From IMG/VR virus record IMGVR_UViG_3300022839_000006, positions 29,896-93,895 of that record: a stretch of 64,000 nt of DNA; one strand, written 5' to 3'. This stretch comes from a virus. This document shows positions 29,094-38,454 of the stretch, piece by piece. The notes below the pieces were generated by a model, which worked only from the letters and a program-made list of their open reading frames with translations, was not told where the DNA came from and searched no databases. How positions within the stretch are numbered: position 1 is the first letter of the stretch; the number at the start of each line of letters is the position of its first letter. Both the position numbers and the translations under genes were made by a program.

Positions 29094-29219
29094 GATTTAG
29101 TATATTACATTGTCGGAAACGTGGTTTTGTTTGGATCAGCGTATGCATTTGGCACTGGTCTGCAACGTTGGTACGACAAATATGCAGAGTCATGGATGGA
29201 GCGTGACGAGAAAAATTGA
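29088..29219 (+). CDS. small membrane peptide (43 aa) started by the R2 cassette
   Basis: RBS and ATG are contained in R2. Confidence 0.3.
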   Translation: MNDLVYYIVGNVVLFGSAYAFGTGLQRWYDKYAESWMERDEKN

Positions 29220-29341
29220 TCGTGTGGCGGACCTATCCGAGAACAGGCCACAGCAGACCACTTGTACAAAAAATGTACAAGTGGCCACCAAAATCGTTTT
29301 TGAGTGTGTGGCGTACCCATTAAAGTAGGAGATTGTGAACA

Positions 29342-29569
29342 ATGACAAAAGATCTACCAACACTACCACGATGTGGGCATTTTCATGAGAATTCAAGATC
29401 CAACAACGACGTGCAAAATACGCCACCAGAAGCATATCTTGAGGGAATAAAGGCTTTGGGTCGAGTGATAAACGATTATCGTGATTGTCTGGCATTTAAA
29501 GGCTATATTCTACACGGCAGCGTCGAAAGTTCTGATCTGTACGCGAAGAAAGAGATCTTCGTACTGTGA
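29342..29569 (+). CDS. small hypothetical protein containing R1 in a different frame
   Basis: 75-aa ORF, RBS GGAGATTGTGAACAATG. Confidence 0.35.
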   Translation: MTKDLPTLPRCGHFHENSRSNNDVQNTPPEAYLEGIKALGRVINDYRDCLAFKGYILHGSVESSDLYAKKEIFVL

Positions 29570-29691
29570 AAGTCAACTGTTGACTTGGACGATCGAACCT
29601 TCATTGTGCGTTGAGAGCATGAAAGAATCACAGCTGGAACGCGGTCAAGAAACTACAAACACGTCCACAATTTTTAACAATGAGGTAAATT

Positions 29692-30156
29692 ATGAGACAA
29701 CTATTTTTAGACTGCGATGGCGTTCTTGCTGATTTTGACAAGCAGTTTGTATTGCTTGCAGGGACAACAGGTCAAACATACGAAGACGAACACGGTTCTG
29801 GAACTTTTTGGAATCTGATACAAAATTCCAAAAAGTTCTTTGAGGACATGCCTCTTATGTCCGACGCTCTTGAGCTGTATGCTGCTGTAAAACATCATCG
29901 CCCTATCATACTCACAGGATGTCCACGCGGGACCTGGTCTGTTCAGCAGAAGCTGATCTGGCGTGACAAACACTTCAAGGGCGTTCCAATGGTCACGTGC
30001 TTGTCTAGGGATAAGGTAGATTACTGTCAGCCAGGAGACGTCCTCGTCGATGATTTCTTGAAGCACAGCCAGAAGTGGATTGATGGCGGAGGAGTGTTTG
30101 TTCACCACACCAATACACCTTCGACATTGCAACAATTGAGCCAAATTGACCTTTGA
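29692..30156 (+). CDS. HAD-superfamily 5'(3')-nucleotidase-like phosphatase
   Basis: LFLDCDGVLADF motif I and downstream HAD motifs. Confidence 0.6.
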   Translation: MRQLFLDCDGVLADFDKQFVLLAGTTGQTYEDEHGSGTFWNLIQNSKKFFEDMPLMSDALELYAAVKHHRPIILTGCPRGTWSVQQKLIWRDKHFKGVPMVTCLSRDKVDYCQPGDVLVDDFLKHSQKWIDGGGVFVHHTNTPSTLQQLSQIDL

Positions 30157-30178
30157 CATGGTAGGAGAACAAAAAATA

Positions 30179-30226
30179 CTGATTGACACTCCTTGACAGA
30201 TATGCTACGTTTAATGTATAAGGAAG
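30179..30226 (+). promoter_or_regulatory. sigma70-like early promoter cassette (TTGACA-N18-TATAAG), copy 1 of 2
   Basis: ~85% identical to 44229-44276. Confidence 0.5.
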
Positions 30227-30393
30227 GGGAATCACTATGTAAACCTTCTACAGAAACGATTTCTTTGTAGAAGGTAGGCATTATGAGCGGTTCAGTGGAA
30301 ACAGTATGATAGATGAAGTGTTTTACTTGAAGAGTATGGGTTATACAGTCGAGTGGTGAAAAACTTCTTTGTGAAACAGGTTTAGGAAAAACT

Positions 30394-30648
30394 ATGAAAA
30401 TGGCTGAAAACGATTTCAACCAACTCAAAGAGATTATTATTGAAAATGATAATATCCACGGTCTAAAAACATCAGATTGGGTTGAACAAGCTAAAATTAA
30501 TGGCTGGTCTGATAAACGTATGCGGTGGGATATGGTTTGGAGTGTAGGCCGTGAAAAGCGGCAAACTTGGTTCGACAAAGTTTACCAGTATCTTGATGAC
30601 GATCACATTGATACCGCGCTTCGTAAAATTGTACAGCAAATGACTTGA
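30394..30648 (+). CDS. hypothetical protein
   Basis: 84-aa ORF, RBS AGGAAAAACTATG. Confidence 0.45.
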   Translation: MKMAENDFNQLKEIIIENDNIHGLKTSDWVEQAKINGWSDKRMRWDMVWSVGREKRQTWFDKVYQYLDDDHIDTALRKIVQQMT

Positions 30649-30975
30649 CACTATATGTTAAACGAGTTGAAAAGTTGATGATGTTATGATTCGTCCAGCA
30701 AACAATTTTTTCAATATCAGTGAGCGTGAAGGATTGAAAAATGAGTAAATTATCCTATCCTGCAAATAAACCATATGTTGCTGGATATTATGGCGTTCTA
30801 TACAACAACCCTGAAAAAGACGGCCAGGAATATCCAAATGTTTGTGGTGGAACACACATCATTTCGTGTGGCATATTCCTGGCACGGACCAACATGTCAC
30901 TGTGTTTTTCCTGAAACATGCCACAGATATTACACTACAAGTGTGCAATTATTAACAACATAAAGGACGAATAAA

Positions 30976-31455
30976 ATGAACAAATTGACATGGGCACGTG
31001 ATGAATTGCGACGTGCGGGATATAGCACAGACGATCCTGAAGACGGTCCAGACAAGTGGATCGCCGAGAATGTAATTCAACTGCTCCAAGTATTTTCGGA
31101 ACAGGGACACAGTGGCTCTTCAGCACCGTTTGCAATTAGAATTTTTGAGCAGCTTGCATCATGGAAACCGCTTACACCGCTTACAGGCAATGATGAAGAG
31201 TGGCAACATTTCGACAATGAAAGTATCAGCCAAAATATTCGCGATTCGTCAGTGTTCAAAAACATTGACGGTGTTGCATATTGGACTGAAGGTAAAGTGT
31301 TCTGGGAATGGTTTTCTTATGAAGGTGGTGAGCCCTACAAATCGTATTTTACAAATTCGGAGAGTAGTGTGGACGTTGCATTTCCGTGGTCGAGACCTGA
31401 CTCCCCCCAGTACGTTTTCAAACCAAATAGCACTTACCCAAACGAAGAGCGCTAA
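30976..31455 (+). CDS. hypothetical protein started by the second R2 cassette
   Basis: 159-aa ORF; identical 29-nt upstream/RBS/ATGAAC. Confidence 0.5.
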   Translation: MNKLTWARDELRRAGYSTDDPEDGPDKWIAENVIQLLQVFSEQGHSGSSAPFAIRIFEQLASWKPLTPLTGNDEEWQHFDNESISQNIRDSSVFKNIDGVAYWTEGKVFWEWFSYEGGEPYKSYFTNSESSVDVAFPWSRPDSPQYVFKPNSTYPNEER

Positions 31456-31592
31456 TTAGAAAGAACAAAAGAAAATGGTGATACTTGCCTTACTTGGCGC
31501 TATTATGGTTGGTTGTATTGTTGGATATGGAGTAATGACTCTTTCCTACAATCTCATGCTAAAGAACAAAAATGGAAAAGGAACAAAAAACG

Positions 31593-32441
31593 ATGATAAT
31601 TAAAATTGTCAGTGCAGTGTTTGCAGGGATTCTAGCTCTTACAGTCGTAGGTGGAAGTTGGTACACGGTCGATCAAGGTGAACTAGGTGTCCAGCTCCGC
31701 AACGGTGCTTTGGTTGGTGTGGCTGAGCCAGGGCTTGGTTTCAAAGTGCCCGTGATCGACAAAGTTGTTGACATTGACCTTCGCAGCCAAGTCAAAATCT
31801 ACGAAAATGTTTTGACGTATAGCCGCGATCAGCAGACAGCAAGTCTTACTGTTAGCGTAAACTTTCGAGTGCCACCTGGCGAGGTCGTTAGCGTCTATCA
31901 AGATTATGGAAGTGTGGAACGTCTTGCTGATAGACTACTCGATCGTCAAGTCATGGACGAAACTAAGAATGTTTTTGGTCGGTTTAATGCAGTGACTGCT
32001 ATTCAAGAGCGGAGCAGACTTGTAGTGGAGATTCAACAGGCAATTCAAGAAAGTGTCGATGGCCCAATCACAATTGAGAGCGTACAAGTCGAAAACATTG
32101 ATTTTGATGATAGCTATGAAAGAGCGATTGCTGCACGGATGGAAGCAGAGGTAGAAGTTCAAAGGATTGGCCAGAATGCAGAGCGCGAAAAGGTGCAGGC
32201 GCAAATTAAAGTGATTCAAGCAGAGGCAGATGCAGCATCCCGTGTGGCACAAGCGACCGCAGAAGCACAGGCAATCACTCTTCTTGGCAATGCTGAGGCA
32301 GAGGCGATCAAAGCAAGGGGCAACGCACTTCGCGATAACCCAAATCTTGTCAGTCTTGTTCAAGCAGAGCGCTGGGACGGCAAGCTACCAACGACAATGT
32401 TGCCCGATATTACAGTACCATTCATGAACATGAGTAACTGA
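31593..32441 (+). CDS. SPFH/Band-7 (prohibitin/HflKC-like) membrane protein
   Basis: N-terminal TM, then YTVDQGELGVQLRNGA...GLGFKVP SPFH core and an Ala/Glu-rich coiled-coil tail. Confidence 0.7.
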   Translation: MIIKIVSAVFAGILALTVVGGSWYTVDQGELGVQLRNGALVGVAEPGLGFKVPVIDKVVDIDLRSQVKIYENVLTYSRDQQTASLTVSVNFRVPPGEVVSVYQDYGSVERLADRLLDRQVMDETKNVFGRFNAVTAIQERSRLVVEIQQAIQESVDGPITIESVQVENIDFDDSYERAIAARMEAEVEVQRIGQNAEREKVQAQIKVIQAEADAASRVAQATAEAQAITLLGNAEAEAIKARGNALRDNPNLVSLVQAERWDGKLPTTMLPDITVPFMNMSN

Positions 32442-32787
32442 TCTTGAACCTTGGCATTGCAATGATTGTCGCGTATATTCCACTCTTCTATTGGATGATA
32501 CACGAGGCTGTTAGGCAGAAAAAAGATTTGAAAAAGATTCGACGACAACCTCGTGTTGAGGTGATCACCTCGACATATTATTCCTGACGGAGATGCTAAT
32601 TTGTGCTGTACAAACAACACAAAGAATATTACGATGCAATCTGATCGGCACGTTCTCTTATCTGGAAGATTTCACAACTGAAACATCTTGTGAAATCTTC
32701 CAGACTGGCATCGACGATGTCGTTGTATTTGATTCTGTTGGACAGACTGCTTTTCGAACAAAAAAGACCACACAATAGAGGTGCAAA

Positions 32788-33396
32788 ATGAACTACAAAT
32801 TTCCTGAAATTAAAACGCTATCTGATGTTCTCCCTCACGTTGAGGGGAGGTCAGAGTTTGTTGTGGCTGAACGTGTGTTTGGCACTGTAGTCAATTATAT
32901 GGTTGCAAAGAAAGACACGTTCGATATGAGTGGTCCTGATGATGTGGGTGGTGCGATTCGTCGTGAATGTCGTGGCATCAAATTTGACTTGGATGGAAAC
33001 ATCATAGCAAGACCCTTCCATAAGTTTTTCAACGTCGGCGAAAGAGAGGAGACACATCCTAACGTGCTGGACTTTTCCGTTGACCACACTGTCTATACAA
33101 AGGAAGACGGTAGCATGGCACATCCCATCATGTTCAACGGCACTGTACGGTGGTGCACCAAGATGGGACTGACAGACGTGTCTGCTTATATGGACACGTT
33201 CTGCGCGAAGAACCCCAAATACAATCAGTTTGCACGTGATTGCATTGCAGATGGCTACACGCCACTTTTTGAGTATGTGGGACCATTTAACAAAGTGGTA
33301 ATTGAGCACAAAGAAGAGAATATGGTGTTGCTTGCTGTACGAAATACCATTACAGGCGAATTTGTCAACATAAACAAGGAGAATGCTAAATGGTGA
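32788..33396 (+). CDS. RNA ligase 1 (Rnl1-type) N-terminal half, carrying adenylation motif I
   Basis: Motif I TKEDGSM (compare T4 RnlA KEDGSL); ORF stops well before motifs IV/V. Confidence 0.6.
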   Translation: MNYKFPEIKTLSDVLPHVEGRSEFVVAERVFGTVVNYMVAKKDTFDMSGPDDVGGAIRRECRGIKFDLDGNIIARPFHKFFNVGEREETHPNVLDFSVDHTVYTKEDGSMAHPIMFNGTVRWCTKMGLTDVSAYMDTFCAKNPKYNQFARDCIADGYTPLFEYVGPFNKVVIEHKEENMVLLAVRNTITGEFVNINKENAKW

Positions 33397-33699
33397 ATGT
33401 TGGAGCACAAGGTGAACTGCGGGGATTACACTCTATGGATATATTCGTCTCAAACATTCCTTGCACAACTTCCCGAGAGTGTGTACCAGCACCTACCAAT
33501 TCGCACATAAACCATAGAAGTTGATATACAGTGCGACGAGTCGTTAAAGAAAATCGTGTGAAGACTTATTTTGAACAAATTGCCAACAATCGTAAAAGAG
33601 CGTGTTCTTTGGTCTCGCAACTGTGGACAACACGTCCACAATCAGTTATCGTTACCCATCGGACAATAGGTTTATAGACAAATCCTACTCAACGTTCAA

Positions 33700-33742
33700 C
33701 ATCAGATATCAGTCGTCAACTCAACTCAACTGATATCTGATG
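33700..33742 (+). other. 13-bp perfect stem hairpin (CATCAGATATCAG...CTGATATCTGATG, 17-nt loop with TCAAC x3)
   Basis: Hand verified; lies in the 380-bp insert between the two Rnl1 halves. Confidence 0.7.
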
Positions 33743-33776
33743 TAAGTTAATAGAATTATACATTTAAGAGGGACTC

Positions 33777-34334
33777 ATGGACATCATAGAAAAAATCAAA
33801 ACGTACGACATTCCTGTTGTAGTGTCACATGGTAGGTATACTTCTGCAGAAGCATTGCTCGAATTTACTCGTCCTCTTGAGGGCATCGAGGGGTTTGTCG
33901 TTGACTTTGACGGCCACAAGGTGAAGGTCAAGGCTGATCAGTATGTCACGCTTCATAGGGTGAAGGACCAGATTCGAACCGAACGTCACATTCTTGAGAT
34001 CATCATTAATGGAAAACTCGACGATGTTCTCCCTATCCTAGACGCAACAGATCGAGTAACCGTTGAAGAATACCAACAGCGTTTTAACGTGGGGTTCGAC
34101 GCAGTTGTGAGTCGAATTGAAGGGCTAGTGTTGCTTGCGCGTGCCCTCCACAGTGGCGACAAGAAGGAAGTTGCCATAAAATTTGTGCCAAATCTCCTAC
34201 ACAAAGAAGATTCAAGTTTCATATTTCGTGTACTTGATGGTAAAGAATTGCGCCCACATATCATCGAGTACGTTCGCAAAAGCGTAGGTAATACTACACG
34301 CTACGACGCTCTTCTCAAATGGCTACAAATGTAG
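33777..34334 (+). CDS. RNA ligase 1 C-terminal half, carrying motifs IV/V
   Basis: EGFVVDFDGHKVKVK ~40 aa from its N-terminus lines up with T4 RnlA motifs IV-V if the two halves are joined; own RBS AAGAGGGACTCATG. Confidence 0.6.
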   Translation: MDIIEKIKTYDIPVVVSHGRYTSAEALLEFTRPLEGIEGFVVDFDGHKVKVKADQYVTLHRVKDQIRTERHILEIIINGKLDDVLPILDATDRVTVEEYQQRFNVGFDAVVSRIEGLVLLARALHSGDKKEVAIKFVPNLLHKEDSSFIFRVLDGKELRPHIIEYVRKSVGNTTRYDALLKWLQM

Positions 34335-34406
34335 TAGGTTGTACTGACTTGTTAAAGGAAGAGGACAACGTGCAATTACGCATGCTGATTACAAAAGGAC
34401 TAAAAC

Positions 34407-35351
34407 ATGACTTTCGTTAAATTTACATCTATTGACAAGTTCGCTGATGCGTGGAAAATGATGCAACGACAAGAAATTGGCCAGATCCAATACCGCTCCA
34501 AAATAAAGCTGCACGGTACAAACGCCGGAGTTCGCATTGAAGGTGGTCAGCCTTTTTATCAAAAGCGTACTACAGACGTTACACCACTTGCAGACAATGC
34601 AGGGTTCGCATCGTTCGCATGTACTGTAGACTGGAAGATTGACGAAGATATTATCATCTACGGCGAGTGGGCCGGAAAAGGCGTTCAAAAATCTGATGCT
34701 GTTTCTTCGATTCCTACAAAGATGTTGTTTGTTTTCGCAGTGAAAAAAGATGAATACATGATCACTGAACCAGCCGCAATTCGTGAGTATGTACCATACC
34801 ACCCACAGATTGTGATTCTACCATGGTTCGACGAACCAACAACACTAGACATCAACGACGTCAGCAGTGCAAAAGCACTTTCAGAACGTCTCAACGTAGA
34901 CGTGGAACAGATTGGATCAGAAGACCCATTCATCAAAGAGCGTTTTGGTATCTCAGGTGTTGGTGAAGGTCTTGTCGTCTCGCCATGTTCAGAAACTGGT
35001 TCGGTCCCACTTTGGCTTTACAACACATATACATTCAAGGTCAAATCTGATGCTCACCTTGTACAGAAAACTAAAGGAATCAACTCTTCAATCTACATTG
35101 AAATTCCTGGTTCTGTCAGAGAATTCTGTGATCAATTCGTCACGGACAACCGATGTGAACAGATGGTTCAAGAACACCTTGAAGGCTCCTATACTATGAG
35201 AGGAATGGGGACATTTCTTAAAACAATCAACGCTGATATTCTGAAAGAAAGCAGAAACGAATTTGCTGAACTTGGTGTAGAATGGAAGATGGTTGCAAAG
35301 GAAATCAATAAACGTACTGCGAAATGGTTCAAATCTAAAAATACAGTTTGA
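34407..35351 (+). CDS. RNA ligase 2 (Rnl2-type)
   Basis: Motif I KLHGTNAG (T4 Rnl2 KIHGTN), YGEWAGKGVQK motif-III region; 314 aa (T4 Rnl2 is 334 aa). Confidence 0.75.
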   Translation: MTFVKFTSIDKFADAWKMMQRQEIGQIQYRSKIKLHGTNAGVRIEGGQPFYQKRTTDVTPLADNAGFASFACTVDWKIDEDIIIYGEWAGKGVQKSDAVSSIPTKMLFVFAVKKDEYMITEPAAIREYVPYHPQIVILPWFDEPTTLDINDVSSAKALSERLNVDVEQIGSEDPFIKERFGISGVGEGLVVSPCSETGSVPLWLYNTYTFKVKSDAHLVQKTKGINSSIYIEIPGSVREFCDQFVTDNRCEQMVQEHLEGSYTMRGMGTFLKTINADILKESRNEFAELGVEWKMVAKEINKRTAKWFKSKNTV

Positions 35352-35381
35352 CAAATAACGACACAGTGTCAGGAGACAGCC

Positions 35382-35729
35382 GTGAACATTTTCAACTGGA
35401 TCAAATCACTCTTCCAAAACCCTGTAGTGGCTCAACCAATTGATGGGCATGTGGTCTTTGATGGAAGACGTATTGCATGTCTTCCATCAAAGACAGCAGC
35501 GGAAGAATTCATTCGAAATCAATTCCAAGAGGTCGATGTCAAAACGGCCCGTATAAATCTAACTGCCAGAGGCAAATGTCGATCCACTCAGGATGGAAGA
35601 TGGAAGGCGTTTAGAAGCAATCTGAAATTGTCAAACAGGAGACGTCAAGATGAAAAAAGAGTTCAAACCAGTAGTGGGTGGACGAGCCAGCATCTGCACA
35701 TGGGAAATAGAATTTTATTTCCTAGATAA
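35382..35729 (+). CDS. hypothetical protein (GTG start); 3' end overlaps the next ORF and the real gene may be shorter
   Basis: ORF track only. Confidence 0.3.
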   Translation: MNIFNWIKSLFQNPVVAQPIDGHVVFDGRRIACLPSKTAAEEFIRNQFQEVDVKTARINLTARGKCRSTQDGRWKAFRSNLKLSNRRRQDEKRVQTSSGWTSQHLHMGNRILFPR

Positions 35730-35907
35730 ACAGCAAGCGAGATCATTCATCAAACTTCTAATCAAAGACGAAATTGATTTTTCGTTTGAATATGAAAAAG
35801 TTCTTGATCAAGCTGACGAACGGCACTATGTTACAGTAACTGGCTGCTGGGCGGCAAACATGGTTCGGGTTGCTCAGATGGCAGAAGAAGTTGACTATGT
35901 TGGATAA
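35650..35907 (+). CDS. small hypothetical protein
   Basis: RBS CAGGAGACGTCAAGATG. Confidence 0.45.
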   Translation: MKKEFKPVVGGRASICTWEIEFYFLDKQQARSFIKLLIKDEIDFSFEYEKVLDQADERHYVTVTGCWAANMVRVAQMAEEVDYVG

Positions 35908-35925
35908 CCAAAAAGGAATATAAAC

Positions 35926-36093
35926 ATGAACAAGGATGCAAAACAGCTGGCCAGAGATATTTATCTACAGGCTCTTAGTAACGCGGCGGGCTTGGCCGAT
36001 CTTACCCAGGAGGTAAGAATACAAATGCTTCAAGAGGCTGCTCAAATATGTATTGATGCTGCTGATGTATTTTACGAAGCAATTGGTGAGTAA
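35926..36093 (+). CDS. small hypothetical protein (55 aa)
   Basis: RBS AAAAGGAATATAAACATG, hand verified. Confidence 0.35.
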   Translation: MNKDAKQLARDIYLQALSNAAGLADLTQEVRIQMLQEAAQICIDAADVFYEAIGE

Positions 36094-36246
36094 GAATCAT
36101 CAAAAAAATCTGGTGCAATTGGCCAATAAATTATGGCACATACAATCTGAAAGCATGGCACGAAATTGCCAGAGGTGTCGTGTTTCTTCCTCTGGTAATT
36201 ATAGCATTCGCCCTGCTCTACTTTTCAGTGTGTTTGATGACAGGCA

Positions 36247-36585
36247 GTGCTGAAGCTGAACGAATTAGAAAAGATGTGCAGTGACATGATCAAAACAACA
36301 AATGGACTAAAACGAAATCACGTAGTTGAAGATGTTAATAGTACATCTGGTTTCTGGCCTGCTAGAATCTGGCGAATATTGGACAGCGAGCATGTGATCA
36401 CAATTTGCACAGGCCTTCATGTAAAAAAGATGCACGTCTCTGAATTGAGAAAGTCAGAGTATACCGGTAGGTGGATGAGCAATCGCAGCATCCGCGAAAA
36501 GACACACTTTCTGGGGATGACTAGACTGAGAGGATTAATTAAAGGCGCTCGGCATTATAATCCCGAACTGATCCCAGAAGAATGA
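36247..36585 (+). CDS. hypothetical protein
   Basis: 112-aa ORF with GTG start. Confidence 0.4.
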   Translation: MLKLNELEKMCSDMIKTTNGLKRNHVVEDVNSTSGFWPARIWRILDSEHVITICTGLHVKKMHVSELRKSEYTGRWMSNRSIREKTHFLGMTRLRGLIKGARHYNPELIPEE

Positions 36586-36603
36586 AACTGGAGTAACAAT
36601 GAC

Positions 36604-36807
36604 ATGAACAGTAGAGTTTATGAAGATCAGGATGGTTTGGAAATTACCACTAAAGATCGATCAATAGAATTTCTGAAATTTGACGGAGGAAAAACGATTC
36701 TTGATGTGGTGATTCATGACAAGAAACTGCAAAATCCCGTAGTGGTGTGTCTAACATCAGATGAAGCAACCCAATTGAAAAACTGGCTGAATGATCAGGG
36801 ATTCTAA
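36604..36807 (+). CDS. small hypothetical protein
   Basis: 67-aa ORF. Confidence 0.45.
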   Translation: MNSRVYEDQDGLEITTKDRSIEFLKFDGGKTILDVVIHDKKLQNPVVVCLTSDEATQLKNWLNDQGF

Positions 36808-37094
36808 ATTTGATAGACAGTTGACACCGAAGTCATTCTGTTATATTTTTATATTATAGAGGAAACACACATGGGGCGACGTGGAATTAGTCAACTGTAC
36901 AGTCCCTTGTGATACTGTCCCAAAGTGGGCAACGTACAGGACCTCAAGACAGCAAAGAGCCAAGCATAGCGTGCAAAATACAAGAAATCAAGTCTAGAGA
37001 TCATGACTGCTCTTGTGGCGCATCGCAGCATAAGTCCCTTCCAGTCCCAACCAATCACTAAAATTTTAACACTCATGAAATAGGAGATGTACTA

Positions 37095-37286
37095 ATGTAC
37101 AATAGAAGTTTTGATCTAGGATTCGTCGCTGGAATAGTAGGTGCTGTTGTAGTGTGTATGGTTATTATTGTCGTCTTCACTACCCCGACTTCAGAGTGGC
37201 AGTCAAATGCCATCGAACGTGGTTATGCACTGTATTGTCCATCGACTGGTGACTTTGCGTGGAAAGATGAATGTGACGTAAAATGA
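37095..37286 (+). CDS. small membrane protein
   Basis: RBS AGGAGATGTACTAATG; single TM. Confidence 0.4.
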   Translation: MYNRSFDLGFVAGIVGAVVVCMVIIVVFTTPTSEWQSNAIERGYALYCPSTGDFAWKDECDVK

Positions 37287-37642
37287 CTTGGAAATTGTTC
37301 CTTGATGATATCAGGTTCCCTGCTGATGTCAGATATGATTATGGTCCCTACCGAGATATTGTAATCTGTCGTAGTATGGACGATGCAGTGTGGTGTGTTG
37401 AACAATATGGTCTCCCTCAATTCATCAGCTTTGACCATGATTTGGCAGACGTTCATTATGAACAGGGCGATGGAGAAAAAACAGGGTTTACATTTGCCAA
37501 GTGGCTATGTGACTATGTCATGGACAACAATCTTCAAATGCCCGAAGATTTTGGTTTTTTTGTACATTCCATGAATCCCGTCGGCGCAGAAAACATCCGT
37601 TGTTATATGAACAACTTTTTAAAGTACTGGCAACACAAATGA
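37283..37642 (+). CDS. hypothetical protein, possible cyclic-phosphate-processing receiver (CPR)-like domain
   Basis: LFLDDIR ... ICRS ... SFDHDLA pattern resembles the receiver-like CPR domain linked to RNA-repair loci; recalled from memory. Confidence 0.35.
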   Translation: MTWKLFLDDIRFPADVRYDYGPYRDIVICRSMDDAVWCVEQYGLPQFISFDHDLADVHYEQGDGEKTGFTFAKWLCDYVMDNNLQMPEDFGFFVHSMNPVGAENIRCYMNNFLKYWQHK

Positions 37643-37998
37643 TGAAAATGTATATTGCCTTATTGGATGAATTTCCTGATCATATGACACCCACTCTTGT
37701 GGCTCATTCGGTGTTGTCTGCACATGATAAATTCTCAGAGAGGCTTATGATTAACGGTCACTCTGGATATTATTATCCTGAATACATAGACTGGTTTGAG
37801 AATTCATTCAAGAAAGTCACATTACGAGTGAACCAAAAAGAGTTTGACAAGATTGCTGCATTGCCAAATGTTCATTTGGGACACGAGAACACCACACTGG
37901 AAGGCAGAAAGGCCTGTGCCGTAGTTTGTCCCATGCCAAATGAAAACTTGCCCAACGTATTGAAGTATGCTAAACTGTGGAAACCCAAGCACGAATAA
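37639..37998 (+). CDS. hypothetical protein, weak PTH2-like similarity
   Basis: MYIALLDEFPDHMTPTLVAHSVLSAH resembles the N-terminus of the clearer Pth2 homolog at 50944. Confidence 0.35.
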   Translation: MMKMYIALLDEFPDHMTPTLVAHSVLSAHDKFSERLMINGHSGYYYPEYIDWFENSFKKVTLRVNQKEFDKIAALPNVHLGHENTTLEGRKACAVVCPMPNENLPNVLKYAKLWKPKHE

Positions 37999-38168
37999 AG
38001 AACACTTGTTGAGCAATCTTCAATTCCAGAGTGACTGTTTAGAGAACCCTTTATTGGAAGTAGACTTTAGGCACACTCCATAGACAATCAATAATTACAA
38101 ACAAGAGTGTGACATGACACGAGAAAGTATCAAGCGAGTGATTAAATTAATCGAAAACGGAGTAAATA

Positions 38169-38387
38169 TTGATGGTAAATGATGTTGGAAGATTGAACCA
38201 AGAAATAAAGATTGCACTTGATCAATACATCAAGACTAACGATGTGTCGCACATGGACAAAGTGCTCGAATTAACAAAAGAACGTGCGAAGTCGTTGAAA
38301 GCTCGCGACTTTGAGACTTTCTATGCAGACAAGGTTGTGCGGTTAGATAAGGGAACAAACACAACCGAGAAAAAGAAGGGTCGATGA
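38169..38387 (+). CDS. small hypothetical protein
   Basis: 72-aa ORF. Confidence 0.4.
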   Translation: MMVNDVGRLNQEIKIALDQYIKTNDVSHMDKVLELTKERAKSLKARDFETFYADKVVRLDKGTNTTEKKKGR

Positions 38388-38454
38388 ATCTTACCATGAA
38401 TAATTTTTACGAAGGGAAGATAGAAGCTTACCGGAAAATGCAGGAGTCAATGAC

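Noticed and set aside
29029-30981. R1/R2 repeats as a CRISPR array
   Set aside because: Only two copies each, irregular spacing, different units, and they overlap coding sequence.
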